A stretch of 64,000 bases of DNA from Candidatus Omnitrophota bacterium (GTDB lineage: Bacteria > Omnitrophota > Gorgyraeia > Zapsychrales > Fredricksoniimonadaceae): contig JABDGZ010000002.1 in assembly GCA_013285735.1 (NCBI GenBank), positions 81,621-145,620 of the forward strand, given 5' to 3'. The first letter of the stretch is position 1. Each line of letters opens with the position of its first letter. This document shows, one piece after another, positions 29,117 to 40,284 of the stretch. The translations under genes were made by a program, and so were the position numbers. The notes under the pieces are model-generated. The model was not told the DNA's origin, ran no database searches, and was given only the letters and a program-made list of their open reading frames with translations.

Positions 29117-30715
29117 TTACCAATCCACCGGGAAGTAGTCTTTTAAAAATTTACCGCACCAATGTGTTCCTGTATTAATACCGTGAAAAAATGGGTCACA
29201 AACCCGCGCCGCTCCATCTACGATGTCCAAAGGCGGCTGAAAATCGTGATTCTCCTGTTTACGGGTGGATAAGGCAATAGGATCCTCGTCGGTGACCCAG
29301 CCGGTATCAACAGCATTCATATAAATACCGTATTTTACCAAATCACGGGCTGAAGTATGCGTCAGCATATTCAAGGCTGCTTTAGCCATATTAGTATGCG
29401 GGTGTTTGTCAGTTTTGGTAAAACGATGGAATTTTCCTTCCATGGCAGAGACGTTCACGATATGTTTCTGTCCGGTATTTTCCCTTTTCATCATGTGCAC
29501 AAGTTTATTACACAAAACAAACGGGGCAATAGCATTAACTAATTGCAACTCGATCATCTCTGCGGTGGGGATATCCCCTATCCCTAAACGCCAGCTGTTC
29601 ATTTCCCTCATATCCACTTGCTGTAAATCAGCATCTAGTTTTCCTTGAGGAAAAACTTTGGGAACTTCTAAGGTATGGTCATGGGTATATGGGATTTGAG
29701 AAAGTTTAGCAGAAGCGCTGAGGCCAATGCCTGGCATGGTTGTATTCCAAGCCAAATCGACTCCTTCTCTGGATTCCCGCTTTCGCGGGAATGACAATAA
29801 TTCATTGGAGGGCATTAATTGTGTTTTACAAGTTTCAAATGATTGAAGGAAAGTCTGCGCATTAGCTGGTAATTCTTTAATTGAAAGTGCTTCGTTCGCT
29901 AAAAGATGTGCATAAAAACCCGGCGGACGTCGGACGGTTTGCGCGGCATTATTAATTAATAAATCTAAACGGTGATATTTCTTTTCAACATAATTGCAAA
30001 AAAGCTCCACACTCGGCGTATGCCGCAGGTCTAATCCATAGATATCCAATCGATTGGCCCATTCTTTAAAATCAGCTTCTCGACTGTAACGAAGGGCTGA
30101 ATCATTGGGAAAGCGGGTGGTCGCAATAACATGGGCACCGGCGCGTAACATCATCAGTGACACCTGATAACCAATCTTTAAACGCGATCCAGTGATTAAA
30201 GCTACTTGGCCCTCAATAGATGCTGTCTGAAAACGCTTAGCATAATTAAATTCCGCACAGGCAGGACACATCGCATCATAAAAAAAATGCACCTTGGTGA
30301 ATTCACTCTTACAGATATAACACGCTCGAGGATTAATCAATTCTTTTTCTAAAAAAGCTGTTTGCTTGTCTGCATGCAGGATGGCCTTAGGGGCTATAAA
30401 TACAGCTGCCTCACGTGCCGAGCGGATACCCGTTGTTTTTCGAAGCTTTCGTTCATGATCATCGATCCGCTGTTTTTTAAGACGGATCCTGTCTTTTTTT
30501 CTTTTGCGGATTTCATCACGATCAGGACGGGAAATTTCGCCTGCAGCCTTGAGGATCGCTATCCTTTGTTCTTTAGATAAATGGGCTAATTCAACGCTGT
30601 TATGAACCAAGTCATCAAGCAGATTGATGCAGCGTTGTATTTCTTCTATTGAATATTTAGGGTCTACGATTTTATTCATGGATAAACTGGATTCCCGCTT
30701 TCGCGGGAATGACAT
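29117..30715 (-). CDS. SDR-family oxidoreductase with an N-terminal basic/zinc-ribbon extension (start 30715 or 30679)
   Basis: Rossmann motif [18 protein letters not shown], and a catalytic Y/K region ([12 protein letters not shown]). The N-terminal extension carries CYICK...CPAC. One REP copy is in frame at 29769..29795 (SFPRKRESR) and another lies at the 5' end. Confidence 0.75.
   Translation of the reverse strand: MSFPRKRESSLSMNKIVDPKYSIEEIQRCINLLDDLVHNSVELAHLSKEQRIAILKAAGEISRPDRDEIRKRKKDRIRLKKQRIDDHERKLRKTTGIRSAREAAVFIAPKAILHADKQTAFLEKELINPRACYICKSEFTKVHFFYDAMCPACAEFNYAKRFQTASIEGQVALITGSRLKIGYQVSLMMLRAGAHVIATTRFPNDSALRYSREADFKEWANRLDIYGLDLRHTPSVELFCNYVEKKYHRLDLLINNAAQTVRRPPGFYAHLLANEALSIKELPANAQTFLQSFETCKTQLMPSNELLSFPRKRESREGVDLAWNTTMPGIGLSASAKLSQIPYTHDHTLEVPKVFPQGKLDADLQQVDMREMNSWRLGIGDIPTAEMIELQLVNAIAPFVLCNKLVHMMKRENTGQKHIVNVSAMEGKFHRFTKTDKHPHTNMAKAALNMLTHTSARDLVKYGIYMNAVDTGWVTDEDPIALSTRKQENHDFQPPLDIVDGAARVCDPFFHGINTGTHWCGKFLKDYFPVDW
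29769..29795. repeat. REP-like element copy 3, in frame inside the SDR gene
   Basis: ctggattcccgctttcgcgggaatgac; the minus strand is read as (L)SFPRKRES(R), a frame shifted by one relative to the P2 copy. Confidence 0.9.
30687..30713. repeat. REP-like element copy 4 at the 5' end of the SDR gene
   Basis: A perfect copy lying between the two candidate start codons (30715 and 30679). Confidence 0.9.
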
Positions 30716-30723
30716 GGGATCGG

Positions 30724-31386
30724 TCAGGGGTAATAAACTTTTAAATGGGACTTAAGTGTTGCTACGTCCACTTGGCCTGAAGCTGTAGGCTTATTAATGA
30801 AGGAATAGGTATACAGACTTCCTGCTGCCGGCAAAATCAAACGTGAAATTGCTCCCGCTGGGCCTAATGACATTGTAATGAGATTATGCTTGCGATGGCG
30901 ATGAGTAAAGGCCAACATTGTCATCACGTCGTCGAAAGAATTTGCTTTGGCTGCGATTTTGACAATATCAGCCCTAGCGCTTAACGACCTTTTGAATATT
31001 GATTCCAAATTATGTGGCATGCTTTGTAAATAATGACTGGAAACAATGACTTTTTTGCCATGCTTCCGGGCTAAAAGCACCACTTGTTTCAATAAAGGAG
31101 AACTAAACTCAATATCAATCATATCCACCAAGGCACAAGCAGCGGATATAATTTCGAATTTCTTCTCATCAGAAAAAATCTTTACAGCCCCCTCGTTCTT
31201 TTGATTGCGTAGGGTCAATAATAAAGGAGTTTTTAAGAGTTTACGATGTTTAATTTGATCGATTATATAGGAAGGGTCTAATTTCTTAAACAGATCAACA
31301 CGTAGTTCAAGTAAACCAACGCCCAAACTTTTGATTTGGGCGTTGGTTTCTTGATCGGTAATAACTAAGGCTATACGCTTGCTCAC
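30724..31386 (-). CDS. aroD: Type I 3-dehydroquinate dehydratase
   Basis: 220 aa with a GTG start. Motifs [13 protein letters not shown], and [11 protein letters not shown] around the Schiff-base lysine region. Confidence 0.8.
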   Translation of the reverse strand: MSKRIALVITDQETNAQIKSLGVGLLELRVDLFKKLDPSYIIDQIKHRKLLKTPLLLTLRNQKNEGAVKIFSDEKKFEIISAACALVDMIDIEFSSPLLKQVVLLARKHGKKVIVSSHYLQSMPHNLESIFKRSLSARADIVKIAAKANSFDDVMTMLAFTHRHRKHNLITMSLGPAGAISRLILPAAGSLYTYSFINKPTASGQVDVATLKSHLKVYYP

Positions 31387-31392
31387 TTATTT

Positions 31393-31427
31393 CCTTAAAA
31401 AGGGGACACTTTAAAGTGTCCCCTTTT
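31393..31427 (-). terminator. Rho-independent terminator after rpoD
   Basis: The minus strand reads AAAAGGGGACAC-TTTAAA-GTGTCCCCTTTT followed by T-rich sequence, 10 nt after the rpoD stop. Confidence 0.8.
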
Positions 31428-31437
31428 CTTCTTTTCT

Positions 31438-33051
31438 TTATATGGTCGCTTCCGCTTCCTTGGCCGCCATGTCTAAGAACGACTTGATGCGACGGGAACG
31501 TGTTGGATGGCGTAGTTTGCGCAAGGCCTTGGATTCAATTTGGCGTACACGCTCACGGGTGACATTAAATTCAGCCCCGACCTCTTCCAAGGTGCGTGAA
31601 GTGCCGTCCATGATCCCGAAGCGCAATTCCAAAATCTTGCGTTCGCGGTCATCCAGGGTTGAAAGCACCGAGGTGATTTCTTCCTTGAGCATGGAATGCA
31701 AGGTGGCATTCGCCGGCGAAACAGCTTTTTTATCTTCGATAAAATCCCCGAAATGAGTGTCCCCTTCATCACCAATAGGCGTCTGTAAAGAGATCGGCAC
31801 TTGGGAAATCTTTAAAATTTCTTTGACCTTGGTGACAGGTAAACGCATTTCCTTGGCGATTTCCTGGGCAGAAGGTTCACGGCCATATTCCTGCACGAAC
31901 ACGCGCGAGACACGGATGATCTTGTTGATCGTCTCGGTCATGTGCACCGGGATACGGATGGTACGCGCTTGGTCCGCGATAGAACGTGTGATGGCTTGAC
32001 GGATCCACCAGGTCGCATAGGTAGAGAATTTGTAACCGCGCTTGTATTCGAATTTCTCGACGGCACGGATCAAACCCATATTCCCTTCCTGGATCAGATC
32101 CAAGAAAGACAAACCACGATTAATATATTTCTTAGCAATGGAAACAACCAACCGTAAGTTAGCTTCGACTAACAATTTCTTAGCCTTGTTAAAACGCGAT
32201 TGACGCGTTTTAATCTCGCGCAGCTGCTCTTTGACTTTTTCCAAAGGCTCGCCTAATTCTTTTTCCAAAGCTACCAATTGTCTCTTAAACTCAGGAGCAT
32301 TGGCTGGTAATTTCTTGACCTTCAAATGCTTTTGCACACGCTCAATATTGGTGATCAAATCAGAAATCTTGATGACAATTTCCTCATTGATAGTCGATGT
32401 CAGCTTGAATTCCGCGATGGATTTGGCAGAAATATCCGACCCTACCCTCGTATGGCGCACATGCTCGAGGATCTTGGCCAAATCCTTCATTAAGCGGCCG
32501 CGGCGTTCCAACTCATCCTTGATCACGTCTTCAGCATTGATCTCATCATTTAAAACCTGATTGATAATGGACAACGCTTCTTTACGTGCGTAATAAGTTT
32601 TAAACAATGATTCCGCGAATCTTATCTCTGCCTCTTCAATACGTTTGGCAAGCGCAATTTCTTCTTCGCGGGTCAAAAGCGGGATGGAACCCATCTGCTT
32701 TAAATACATCTTCACCGGATCATCTAAAGGAATGAACTTGTCGGAATAAACATCATCTTCCTTGTTCTCCTCACGTAACCGGCGCACTTGCTGCTCACGG
32801 CTTTCTTCGACAGCTTCTTCGGCAATCACAGGTGTTTCTTCACCGGAATCAACAACCTTGATGTCCTGTCCGTCGAGCACATCGAAAACCTGATCGATGT
32901 CTTCGGATGAATCGATGGCATCGGACAAAGTTTCGTTGACGTCTTCATAGGTCAAAAAACCCTTCTTTTTGCCCAACGTCACCAACTTGTCCAAATCGCC
33001 TTGCAGATCCTTCGGATCTTTTGGTTCTTTTTCTTTGATCGGTTCTTTCAT
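31438..33051 (-). CDS. rpoD: RNA polymerase primary sigma factor (sigma-70)
   Basis: Regions 1.2 to 4.2 are present: [64 protein letters not shown]. Confidence 0.95.
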   Translation of the reverse strand: MKEPIKEKEPKDPKDLQGDLDKLVTLGKKKGFLTYEDVNETLSDAIDSSEDIDQVFDVLDGQDIKVVDSGEETPVIAEEAVEESREQQVRRLREENKEDDVYSDKFIPLDDPVKMYLKQMGSIPLLTREEEIALAKRIEEAEIRFAESLFKTYYARKEALSIINQVLNDEINAEDVIKDELERRGRLMKDLAKILEHVRHTRVGSDISAKSIAEFKLTSTINEEIVIKISDLITNIERVQKHLKVKKLPANAPEFKRQLVALEKELGEPLEKVKEQLREIKTRQSRFNKAKKLLVEANLRLVVSIAKKYINRGLSFLDLIQEGNMGLIRAVEKFEYKRGYKFSTYATWWIRQAITRSIADQARTIRIPVHMTETINKIIRVSRVFVQEYGREPSAQEIAKEMRLPVTKVKEILKISQVPISLQTPIGDEGDTHFGDFIEDKKAVSPANATLHSMLKEEITSVLSTLDDRERKILELRFGIMDGTSRTLEEVGAEFNVTRERVRQIESKALRKLRHPTRSRRIKSFLDMAAKEAEATI

Positions 33052-33063
33052 GTTTACCTCGAT

Positions 33064-34839
33064 TTAACAGCTAGTTTTTAGCAACTGATTAAATTGTTCC
33101 CGCAGCTGATCTAACTTTTCTGTATCTTTCAGAGTCTCGGCCTGACGTATGGCTTCCAATAATTGGCCTCTGACTATCTTTTGTTTTTCTTTCTGAATTT
33201 TTCCGATGCAATCCTGAAAAACAAGTGCTGCGTCACCTAATTTTCCTTCTTCAACACTGATGAACCTTGTAACTAAACTTTGTGCTGACTCATCATTTAA
33301 ATGCAACAAAAGATCATTCGTTGACCAGTCATCTGATGCATCCGCTAATGACCACATAACATCCACCACTTGACGCACAACCCCGTCAGGAAAATCTTGA
33401 GGACTAATACTCTCCCTTGCGGCCTTAACCCATGCCGGGTCTTTTAAAAATAAGGCCAGCAATAATTCCTGACCAGCGGATGCTGAAGCTGATACCTTTA
33501 TTGCTACTGCTGGCTCTTTGAACGACCCCTGTTGATTTTTAACCTGTGTTGATTGCTTAAGCAATACGCTTTCAGGAATGTTCAACTTTTGGGCTAAGCC
33601 CTTGGTCAATTCATATTTAGCCACTTCACTTCTAAACCGTGCGATGGTGCTAAGCAATTCTTGGGCTATCTTGGATTTACCCTCGACCGTCACAGGGTCA
33701 TATTGCTTAGCCAACCAATTGAATTTAAAATCTAACAGCGATTCAGCACTATCAATGCGTGCGTTAAAAGCTTCAACCCCAAGCTGACGGATGAATGAAT
33801 CCGGATCTTCATCCTGGGCTAATGTTGCCACACGAACATTCATATCTTCGTCAATCAACAAATCAAGACTGCGAATAATAGCTGATTGTCCGGCGGTATC
33901 TGTATCAAAGAGCATCACCACATTCGGTGTATAACGGCGGATCAACCTAATTTGGTCCGTGGTCAAGGCCGTGCCAAGGGAAGCCGCAATATTTTCTACC
34001 CCGTGGATGTAAGGCATGATCATATCCATGTACCCTTCCACCACGATGATCCGATCCAACTTTCCAACCGCTGCCTTGGTCACCGCCAAGCCAAACATAT
34101 GCTGACCTTTGGTGTACACTGGCGTTTCCGGTGAATTTATATACTTGGCGCCATCGGAATCCTGCATGGCGCGAGCGCCAAAGGCCACGCAACGGCTTTG
34201 AATATCAAGGATCGAAAAAACAATGCGGTTACGAAAGCGATCGTAAAACCCACCCTTACCCTCGCGGGCAATGGTCAATCCTGCCTTAAAAATCAACTCT
34301 TCGCTTATCCCTTTGGATTTCAAATATTTTAAAAGAGCATCCCACTCATTGGGTGCCATGCCCAATTGAAATTTTTTAACCGTTTCTAGATCAACACCCC
34401 GGCCTTTAAGATAATCCCGGGCAATATTAACATCCGGTTCACGGCTGCTTAACAACGTCTCATGAAAAAAAGCTGCAGCCAAAGCATTAATCTTTAAAAT
34501 CTCCTCACGCAACTGGCGAGAAGGGCTTGAGGCAGTTGACTCATCTTCAGGAATCACCACACCCAGCTTATTGGCTAAAAATCGCACCGCTTCAGGAAAT
34601 TGAAATCCTTCCTGGCGCATCAAAAAACCAATCACGTTACCGCCAACCCCGCATCCGAAACAGTGAAAAATCTGCTTATCCGGATTAACCACAAAAGACG
34701 ATGTTTTTTCATGATGAAACGGACAAAGAGCTTTAAAATTACGGCCGGCTTTTTTTAAGGCCGTATAGTTGCCGATAATCTCAACAATATCGCTGCGTTC
34801 AATAACCTGATTAATAACATCATTCGGGATCAATCCCAT
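33064..34839 (-). CDS. dnaG: DNA primase
   Basis: Zinc finger CPFHHEKTSSF...HCFGCGVGG, a TOPRIM domain (VVEGYMD...DTDTAG) and a C-terminal helicase-interaction region. Confidence 0.93.
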   Translation of the reverse strand: MGLIPNDVINQVIERSDIVEIIGNYTALKKAGRNFKALCPFHHEKTSSFVVNPDKQIFHCFGCGVGGNVIGFLMRQEGFQFPEAVRFLANKLGVVIPEDESTASSPSRQLREEILKINALAAAFFHETLLSSREPDVNIARDYLKGRGVDLETVKKFQLGMAPNEWDALLKYLKSKGISEELIFKAGLTIAREGKGGFYDRFRNRIVFSILDIQSRCVAFGARAMQDSDGAKYINSPETPVYTKGQHMFGLAVTKAAVGKLDRIIVVEGYMDMIMPYIHGVENIAASLGTALTTDQIRLIRRYTPNVVMLFDTDTAGQSAIIRSLDLLIDEDMNVRVATLAQDEDPDSFIRQLGVEAFNARIDSAESLLDFKFNWLAKQYDPVTVEGKSKIAQELLSTIARFRSEVAKYELTKGLAQKLNIPESVLLKQSTQVKNQQGSFKEPAVAIKVSASASAGQELLLALFLKDPAWVKAARESISPQDFPDGVVRQVVDVMWSLADASDDWSTNDLLLHLNDESAQSLVTRFISVEEGKLGDAALVFQDCIGKIQKEKQKIVRGQLLEAIRQAETLKDTEKLDQLREQFNQLLKTSC

Positions 34840-34846
34840 ATCTTAT

Positions 34847-35416
34847 CTAACCTGCAGGGTGCAACACGCGAGCTGCTGCAGCATTATAATGCGCACCTGC
34901 AAATAACTTATCAATCAAATGATTATACAAAAAAGTATATGTACCCACTGCCGCGTGCCCGACTACCTTATAACTATAAGAATGCACGGTCATCCGTGTC
35001 AAAGGCCCGATATGCATCAATAAAATCAAAAATACCGTCAAACTGCAAACCAAAATGCCGCGTGCAACCGCAACAACACCTGCTGCATACTTATCAAAGC
35101 CTTGATGATTGGTCTCTACTTTAAAAAGGAACAAGATGCCCTGTATGTAAAATTTAAAAAACAAGGCCACCAAAAACCAAAGGCCTGCAAACGAAGCCAT
35201 ATCCCAATAATCCCAATGAAAATGGCTATTCTTCAGCAACCACGCAGCTGAAGAACTATAAAAATGAAGACTGACAAAGACCGCGACAATAACCCCAAAA
35301 AATTCGGAAATCTCTGAAATAAAACCGTTTTTGACCCCGATGAAAATCATCCGTATAAAAAAAAGAACTAAAGCTACATCAACCCAATTAACGCTTTTAA
35401 CTAAATGTGTCAACAT
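34847..35416 (-). CDS. cvpA: CvpA-family membrane protein
   Basis: 189 aa with four TM helices and an N terminus N.VD..L...F....G...GF typical of CvpA. Confidence 0.7.
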   Translation of the reverse strand: MLTHLVKSVNWVDVALVLFFIRMIFIGVKNGFISEISEFFGVIVAVFVSLHFYSSSAAWLLKNSHFHWDYWDMASFAGLWFLVALFFKFYIQGILFLFKVETNHQGFDKYAAGVVAVARGILVCSLTVFLILLMHIGPLTRMTVHSYSYKVVGHAAVGTYTFLYNHLIDKLFAGAHYNAAAARVLHPAG

Positions 35417-35604
35417 AATTTTTATTTACAACCTCCCTATCAATAGGCAGGCGTAACGGGGAGTATAACATGCGGCTGGTGGGCTGTCAAGCAAGGCTAG
35501 CTGTTTACATATAACGTAACTGACTGGAAATTATTAAGTTATACGTGAATCAAAATAATGTCATTATTTACCAATTATTAAAAATCGCTTTCTCGGGGCA
35601 AATA

Positions 35605-38600
35605 TTAAACAGTAGCTGGGACAGCCATCGAAGGCTCAACTGGTACGGGTGTCTGGGCAGGTTGAGGCTTGTACTCATTAAATTTAACGGACACAATGCG
35701 CGAAACCCCACGCTCCTGCATGGTGACCCCATACATGATATCAGCTGCGGACATGGTGGTTTTATTGTGGGTGATAACGATAAACTGGGCAATTTTGGCA
35801 AATTCCTTGAGCATTCCAGCAAAACGGCCCACATTAGACTCATCCAGGGCCGCATCAATTTCGTCCAGGACGCAGAAAGGACTGGGATTAATTTTAAATA
35901 CCCCAAAAATCAAGGCAATAGCTGTTAATGTCTTTTCCCCACCGGACATAAGGCTGATATTCTGTAATTTCTTGCCCGGAGGCCTGGCCACGATATCAAT
36001 GCCGCACTCCAAAGCATTTTCCGGGTCAAGTAAAACCAGCTGAGCTTCTCCACCGCCAAATAACATCCGGAAATAAACCTTAAATTCTTCATTTACTTTA
36101 AAGAAAGTATCGGTGAACATCTGGCGGGTGGTACGATTGATCTTTTGAATCGTCGACAAAAGTTGTTCACGGGCGGTTAATAAATCGCTTTGCTGTTTAG
36201 TCAAGAATTCATAGCGGCCTTTGAGTTCTTCAAATTCTTCGATAGCCACCAGATTCACTGCCCCGTAGGACTCGCAACGTTTTTTAAGTTTGTCGATCTC
36301 TAAGGTTAATTCGTCAATATTAAGTTGCGGTTCAGGTGCTTGTTCAGCGGCCGGCTCTCCCTCGGGCACTGGCAAAGGAATTTCAACGGCTGGCTCGTTT
36401 TGAATCTGATCCCAATCTATTTTATACGCCTGTAATAAACGTTCTTTGAGGGCGCGTTGATTGAAATGCACTTCCTGCTGGCGCATCTGCTGATTATGCA
36501 TATCGCTTTTAATTTGGATGATCCCGTCTTCATTACCGCGGATCCCGTTACGCAAAGAATTTAATCGACGGGACATTTCTTCTTTTTTGGCTGACTCTTC
36601 ATTTAACACAGCCGTTAAAGATTCTTTTTTACGCTGCAAATCTTCGATTGCCTGCTGCAGCAAAATAATATCTTCACCAACCTTAATTCTCTTAGCTTCT
36701 AACTCACGGTTTTCCGACTCAAAACGGCTAATATCTGTTAGGTCACGGTCAAGATTTTGGGTATGCAGGGCTAAATTATCCTCAAACCCTTGACGCTTAT
36801 CAGACAAAGAGGACAGTTCAGTATCCAATTGAGCAATGGAAATATTCAACTCCTGACGCTCATTGTCCTTTTGCGCAATATCCTGTGCTTTTAATTTAAT
36901 GTCTTCCTGGCAACGCGCGACCTGCCCGCTAATGCCTTGCAGGCTTGCCGAGAACTCCGCTTCTTGAACTTTTAAGGTAGCCAAGGCAGACTCAACTTCA
37001 GCAAATTCTAAGGTAATGACATCCAATTCACCGACCAACTTGCCCGAAGCAAGTTCAATATCATTCTTCTGGGCCTCCAACACTGAAAATTTCTTCTCCT
37101 GCTGTTGAATATTCTTAAGCATTTCCTCAACAGTGTTGCTTTGATCTTCAATTTGTTGATTTAATTGATTTTTAACTTCCACTGCTTGGGCCAATTTTTC
37201 ATTGATAATAGCAATGCGATCATCCAAATACTGCAAATCCAATTCCACATATTTAGTCTCGTAGGTGATTTCATACAACTCTGGCGATGTTTCAGTGGCT
37301 GCAATAACTTTGACTTCCTTAATCTTGCCAATAATACCGGTTTGCTTGTCACTTGGACGCACCATGGCTAAAAAACGACCTTCAACGACGGGATCAGGAA
37401 TATCCTGGTACTGTACTTGCATCTTCTGGATAAATTCTTTTTGGGATAAAAGAAACACATGATTTCTTTCAAGATCATCGATCAAGGCGTCTTGGATGGT
37501 AAACTGGCTTTTAAGCGCTTCTAAACCCTGACGACGAGCATTGGTATCTGCCCAAAATTCCTGCAGCTGTGTCTGCACTTGGGTGATGGCACTATTGATC
37601 GCTTCACAACGATGATATACCTGGATTTTTTCGTCATGGATTTTAGAATTTTCATGCTCCAGACGAGCCTTACGTGCCAAAGCTTCCATGGATCGCTTCA
37701 TATTTTCAGTCAATTGATTCTTGAAACGCACCTGCTGGCCATTTAACCCTAAAATTTCTTTTTCCACATTCTCAATAGACGCACGGGCTTGCTCTATGCC
37801 ATGCATTAAAATGCTCAAATCATTTCGTTTTTGCTGTAAACGCGATTGTAATTCAAATAAATTCTCAGCCAGACTCGCCAACGATCCTTTAATTTCCTCG
37901 ATCTTGGCCTGATGCGTTGCACAACGATCCACGGCCACAGCCTTATCTGCCTGTAGGCGCTGGCAGGTCTCATCCATATTCTGCTGGCGCTCTTCATTAA
38001 ATGAGATCTGACGCGTATTCATGGCCACTTCATTTTCTAAATGGATATCCTGGGCTTTTAACTCATTGATACGCTCTTCAATTTCTTCTAATTGGAGAGT
38101 TTCATTGTCGATACGGTTATTCAACTCTTCTAATTGTTTCGTCAATTCAAGTTCCTGGGCCTGCAAAGCGCTGACCGCTGCTGACAAAGTGTTGCTCTCC
38201 GTATCAAAACTGCTCATCTGATGGCGGGCAAAAATCAATTCATAATTTTTGAGGATCTCAAATTCTTCCTTGTAGCGCTGGGCTTTTTTAGCCTGGCGTT
38301 CAATGGTGGCAATCTGACGTTTGACTTCGACGACAATATCATTGATGCGCAATAAATTGTCTTCCGTATCTTTAAGTTTACTTAAAGCTTCTTTCTTTTT
38401 ACTCTTATACTTAGTGATCCCTGCTGCTTCATCAAAAATCTGACGGCGATCATCCGGCTTGGCGGATACAACCAAATCTACCTTACCTTGCTGGATCAAG
38501 GAATATGCCTCAGCCCCAACCCCTGTGCCTAAAAAAAGTTCTACGATATCCTTCAAACGCGATACATTTTTATTGATCAAATATTCACTTTCACCGGAAC

Positions 38601-38916
38601 GAAAAAGACGGCGGGTGACGATGACTTCATCGTGGTCTAGGGGTAAAATACGTGATTCATTAGAAAAGGTAAGACTGACTTCGGCAAAGCCCAAGGGCGC
38701 TTTCTGGTCCGTACCATTGAAGATAACATCTTCCATGGATGAGCCGCGCAATTCCTTGACGCTTTGCTCGCCTAAAACCCAGCGGATCGCATCAAAAACA
38801 TTGCTCTTGCCGCAGCCGTTAGGACCAACGATCGCAGAGATGCCTGGTTGAAATTCAAGTACCGTCTTTTGGGCAAAAGACTTGAATCCAAAAATTTCCA
38901 AACGTCTAAAATACAT
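35605..38916 (-). CDS. smc: Chromosome segregation protein SMC
   Basis: Walker A GPNGCGKSN at the N terminus, long coiled coils, a hinge, and C-terminal LSGGEKTLTAIAL plus Walker B FCVLDEIDAALD. Confidence 0.93.
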   Translation of the reverse strand: MYFRRLEIFGFKSFAQKTVLEFQPGISAIVGPNGCGKSNVFDAIRWVLGEQSVKELRGSSMEDVIFNGTDQKAPLGFAEVSLTFSNESRILPLDHDEVIVTRRLFRSGESEYLINKNVSRLKDIVELFLGTGVGAEAYSLIQQGKVDLVVSAKPDDRRQIFDEAAGITKYKSKKKEALSKLKDTEDNLLRINDIVVEVKRQIATIERQAKKAQRYKEEFEILKNYELIFARHQMSSFDTESNTLSAAVSALQAQELELTKQLEELNNRIDNETLQLEEIEERINELKAQDIHLENEVAMNTRQISFNEERQQNMDETCQRLQADKAVAVDRCATHQAKIEEIKGSLASLAENLFELQSRLQQKRNDLSILMHGIEQARASIENVEKEILGLNGQQVRFKNQLTENMKRSMEALARKARLEHENSKIHDEKIQVYHRCEAINSAITQVQTQLQEFWADTNARRQGLEALKSQFTIQDALIDDLERNHVFLLSQKEFIQKMQVQYQDIPDPVVEGRFLAMVRPSDKQTGIIGKIKEVKVIAATETSPELYEITYETKYVELDLQYLDDRIAIINEKLAQAVEVKNQLNQQIEDQSNTVEEMLKNIQQQEKKFSVLEAQKNDIELASGKLVGELDVITLEFAEVESALATLKVQEAEFSASLQGISGQVARCQEDIKLKAQDIAQKDNERQELNISIAQLDTELSSLSDKRQGFEDNLALHTQNLDRDLTDISRFESENRELEAKRIKVGEDIILLQQAIEDLQRKKESLTAVLNEESAKKEEMSRRLNSLRNGIRGNEDGIIQIKSDMHNQQMRQQEVHFNQRALKERLLQAYKIDWDQIQNEPAVEIPLPVPEGEPAAEQAPEPQLNIDELTLEIDKLKKRCESYGAVNLVAIEEFEELKGRYEFLTKQQSDLLTAREQLLSTIQKINRTTRQMFTDTFFKVNEEFKVYFRMLFGGGEAQLVLLDPENALECGIDIVARPPGKKLQNISLMSGGEKTLTAIALIFGVFKINPSPFCVLDEIDAALDESNVGRFAGMLKEFAKIAQFIVITHNKTTMSAADIMYGVTMQERGVSRIVSVKFNEYKPQPAQTPVPVEPSMAVPATV

Positions 38917-38984
38917 ATATCATCACTTTATAACATTTGACGGGCGTGTCAACGGAGATTTGATTTTTTTTCGACGGGATTAAA

Positions 38985-40205
38985 TTAGGCTTCTAAGATG
39001 CCTGTTTGGCAGACGTTAGCAAATTTCTTGGCACTCTCTCTGATAGTCCTTTGCTGGGTGTTGTAATCAACATCAATCAATCCAAATCTGGGGCTATAGC
39101 CATGGGCCCACTCAAAATTATCCATTAATGACCAGTAGAGATATCCTGTAACATTTACTCCCTGTTCCATAGCAAGATGAACGCTCTTGAGGTGAGCCTG
39201 AATGTATTCCCATCGCTCATTATCGTCGGTCGTACAGATACCATTTTCTGAGATGATCACGGGCAGATTGTATTTTTTAAGACTTAAAAGCACCTGGGTC
39301 AATCCTTCAGGATAAATATCCCAACCCAAAAAATTCTTCTTTAGCGGATGATGATTATCTTTACAAATTTCCATTAACAAATTACCAATCCACCAGCTAT
39401 GCACATCCACCAAATGCCTTGAATAATAATTAACTCCAATAAAATCAAGGGTTTTATGCTTAACTAAATAATTAGGAATTTCAAGGTTATATAAATATTC
39501 CCGCATGGCCACTGCCCAATGATTCCGTAACCCTTGGTCACAGCCAACAATGGCCTGCATATGATGGGCGATACTAACCATGGGCCGGGCAATGTTTATT
39601 TCCTGGTAAATTTTATGAATCAGCCGGTAGGCCTCGACATGCGCATCGTTAAGATTATCATGAACTGCTTTCATTTTAAAAAACGACTTCGCCTGGGGTG
39701 GCCAAATTCCCCAGAGATATGCATGAGAGAAATAAACACTGGGCTCATTGATGGTATACCAAAAGTGAACATGCCGGGCCAACGCCTTAGTCACAACATC
39801 GCAGTAACGCAAAAAACGCTTAACACAAAGAGGATTCAACCAACCGTCAGATTCACTAAACCAAATTGGATTGGTAAAGTGATGCAAGGTCACCATCGGC
39901 TCTATGCCACGCACACGCAGGGTCATGATTACATTAATATAATGCTGGATAGCTTCCTGGGAAAACTCCCCTTCGCGAGGTTCAACACGGCTCCATTCGA
40001 TGGAAAGACGGTGGGCATTGTGATTTAAACTTTTGACTATATCAAAATCGTTCTCATAAAATTCATAATGGCGGCAGGCTGGGCCGGATTTTTCTTTTCC
40101 CGCTTCTTTTTCCCATGACCACCAATCCGCGTTGGTATTATTACCTTCCACCTGATAAGAAGATGTCGCGGCCCCCCAATAAAAATCTTTCGGAAACTGA
40201 ATCAT
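38985..40205 (-). CDS. Glycoside hydrolase family 1 (beta-glucosidase-like)
   Basis: FPKDFYWGAATSSYQVEG, acid/base TINEP (YTINEPSVY) and nucleophile ISENG (VIISENGICT). Confidence 0.88.
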   Translation of the reverse strand: MIQFPKDFYWGAATSSYQVEGNNTNADWWSWEKEAGKEKSGPACRHYEFYENDFDIVKSLNHNAHRLSIEWSRVEPREGEFSQEAIQHYINVIMTLRVRGIEPMVTLHHFTNPIWFSESDGWLNPLCVKRFLRYCDVVTKALARHVHFWYTINEPSVYFSHAYLWGIWPPQAKSFFKMKAVHDNLNDAHVEAYRLIHKIYQEINIARPMVSIAHHMQAIVGCDQGLRNHWAVAMREYLYNLEIPNYLVKHKTLDFIGVNYYSRHLVDVHSWWIGNLLMEICKDNHHPLKKNFLGWDIYPEGLTQVLLSLKKYNLPVIISENGICTTDDNERWEYIQAHLKSVHLAMEQGVNVTGYLYWSLMDNFEWAHGYSPRFGLIDVDYNTQQRTIRESAKKFANVCQTGILEA

Positions 40206-40284
40206 GGTAAAATTATATCATCGCTAAATAAAAATCCTTAAAAAATGTATTTATTTGCCTTCAACTAAAGAGTAAATTAACCCT

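Noticed and set aside
1358-30713. REP copies as a possible CRISPR array
   Set aside because: The copies are dispersed kilobases apart and in both orientations. They show no regular repeat-spacer periodicity, and no cas genes are present.
35545-35928. 127-aa plus-strand ORF (and 35568..35906 on the minus strand) at the 3' end of smc
   Set aside because: It overlaps the conserved SMC C-terminal ATPase head (LSGGEK..., Walker B), which explains the open frames.
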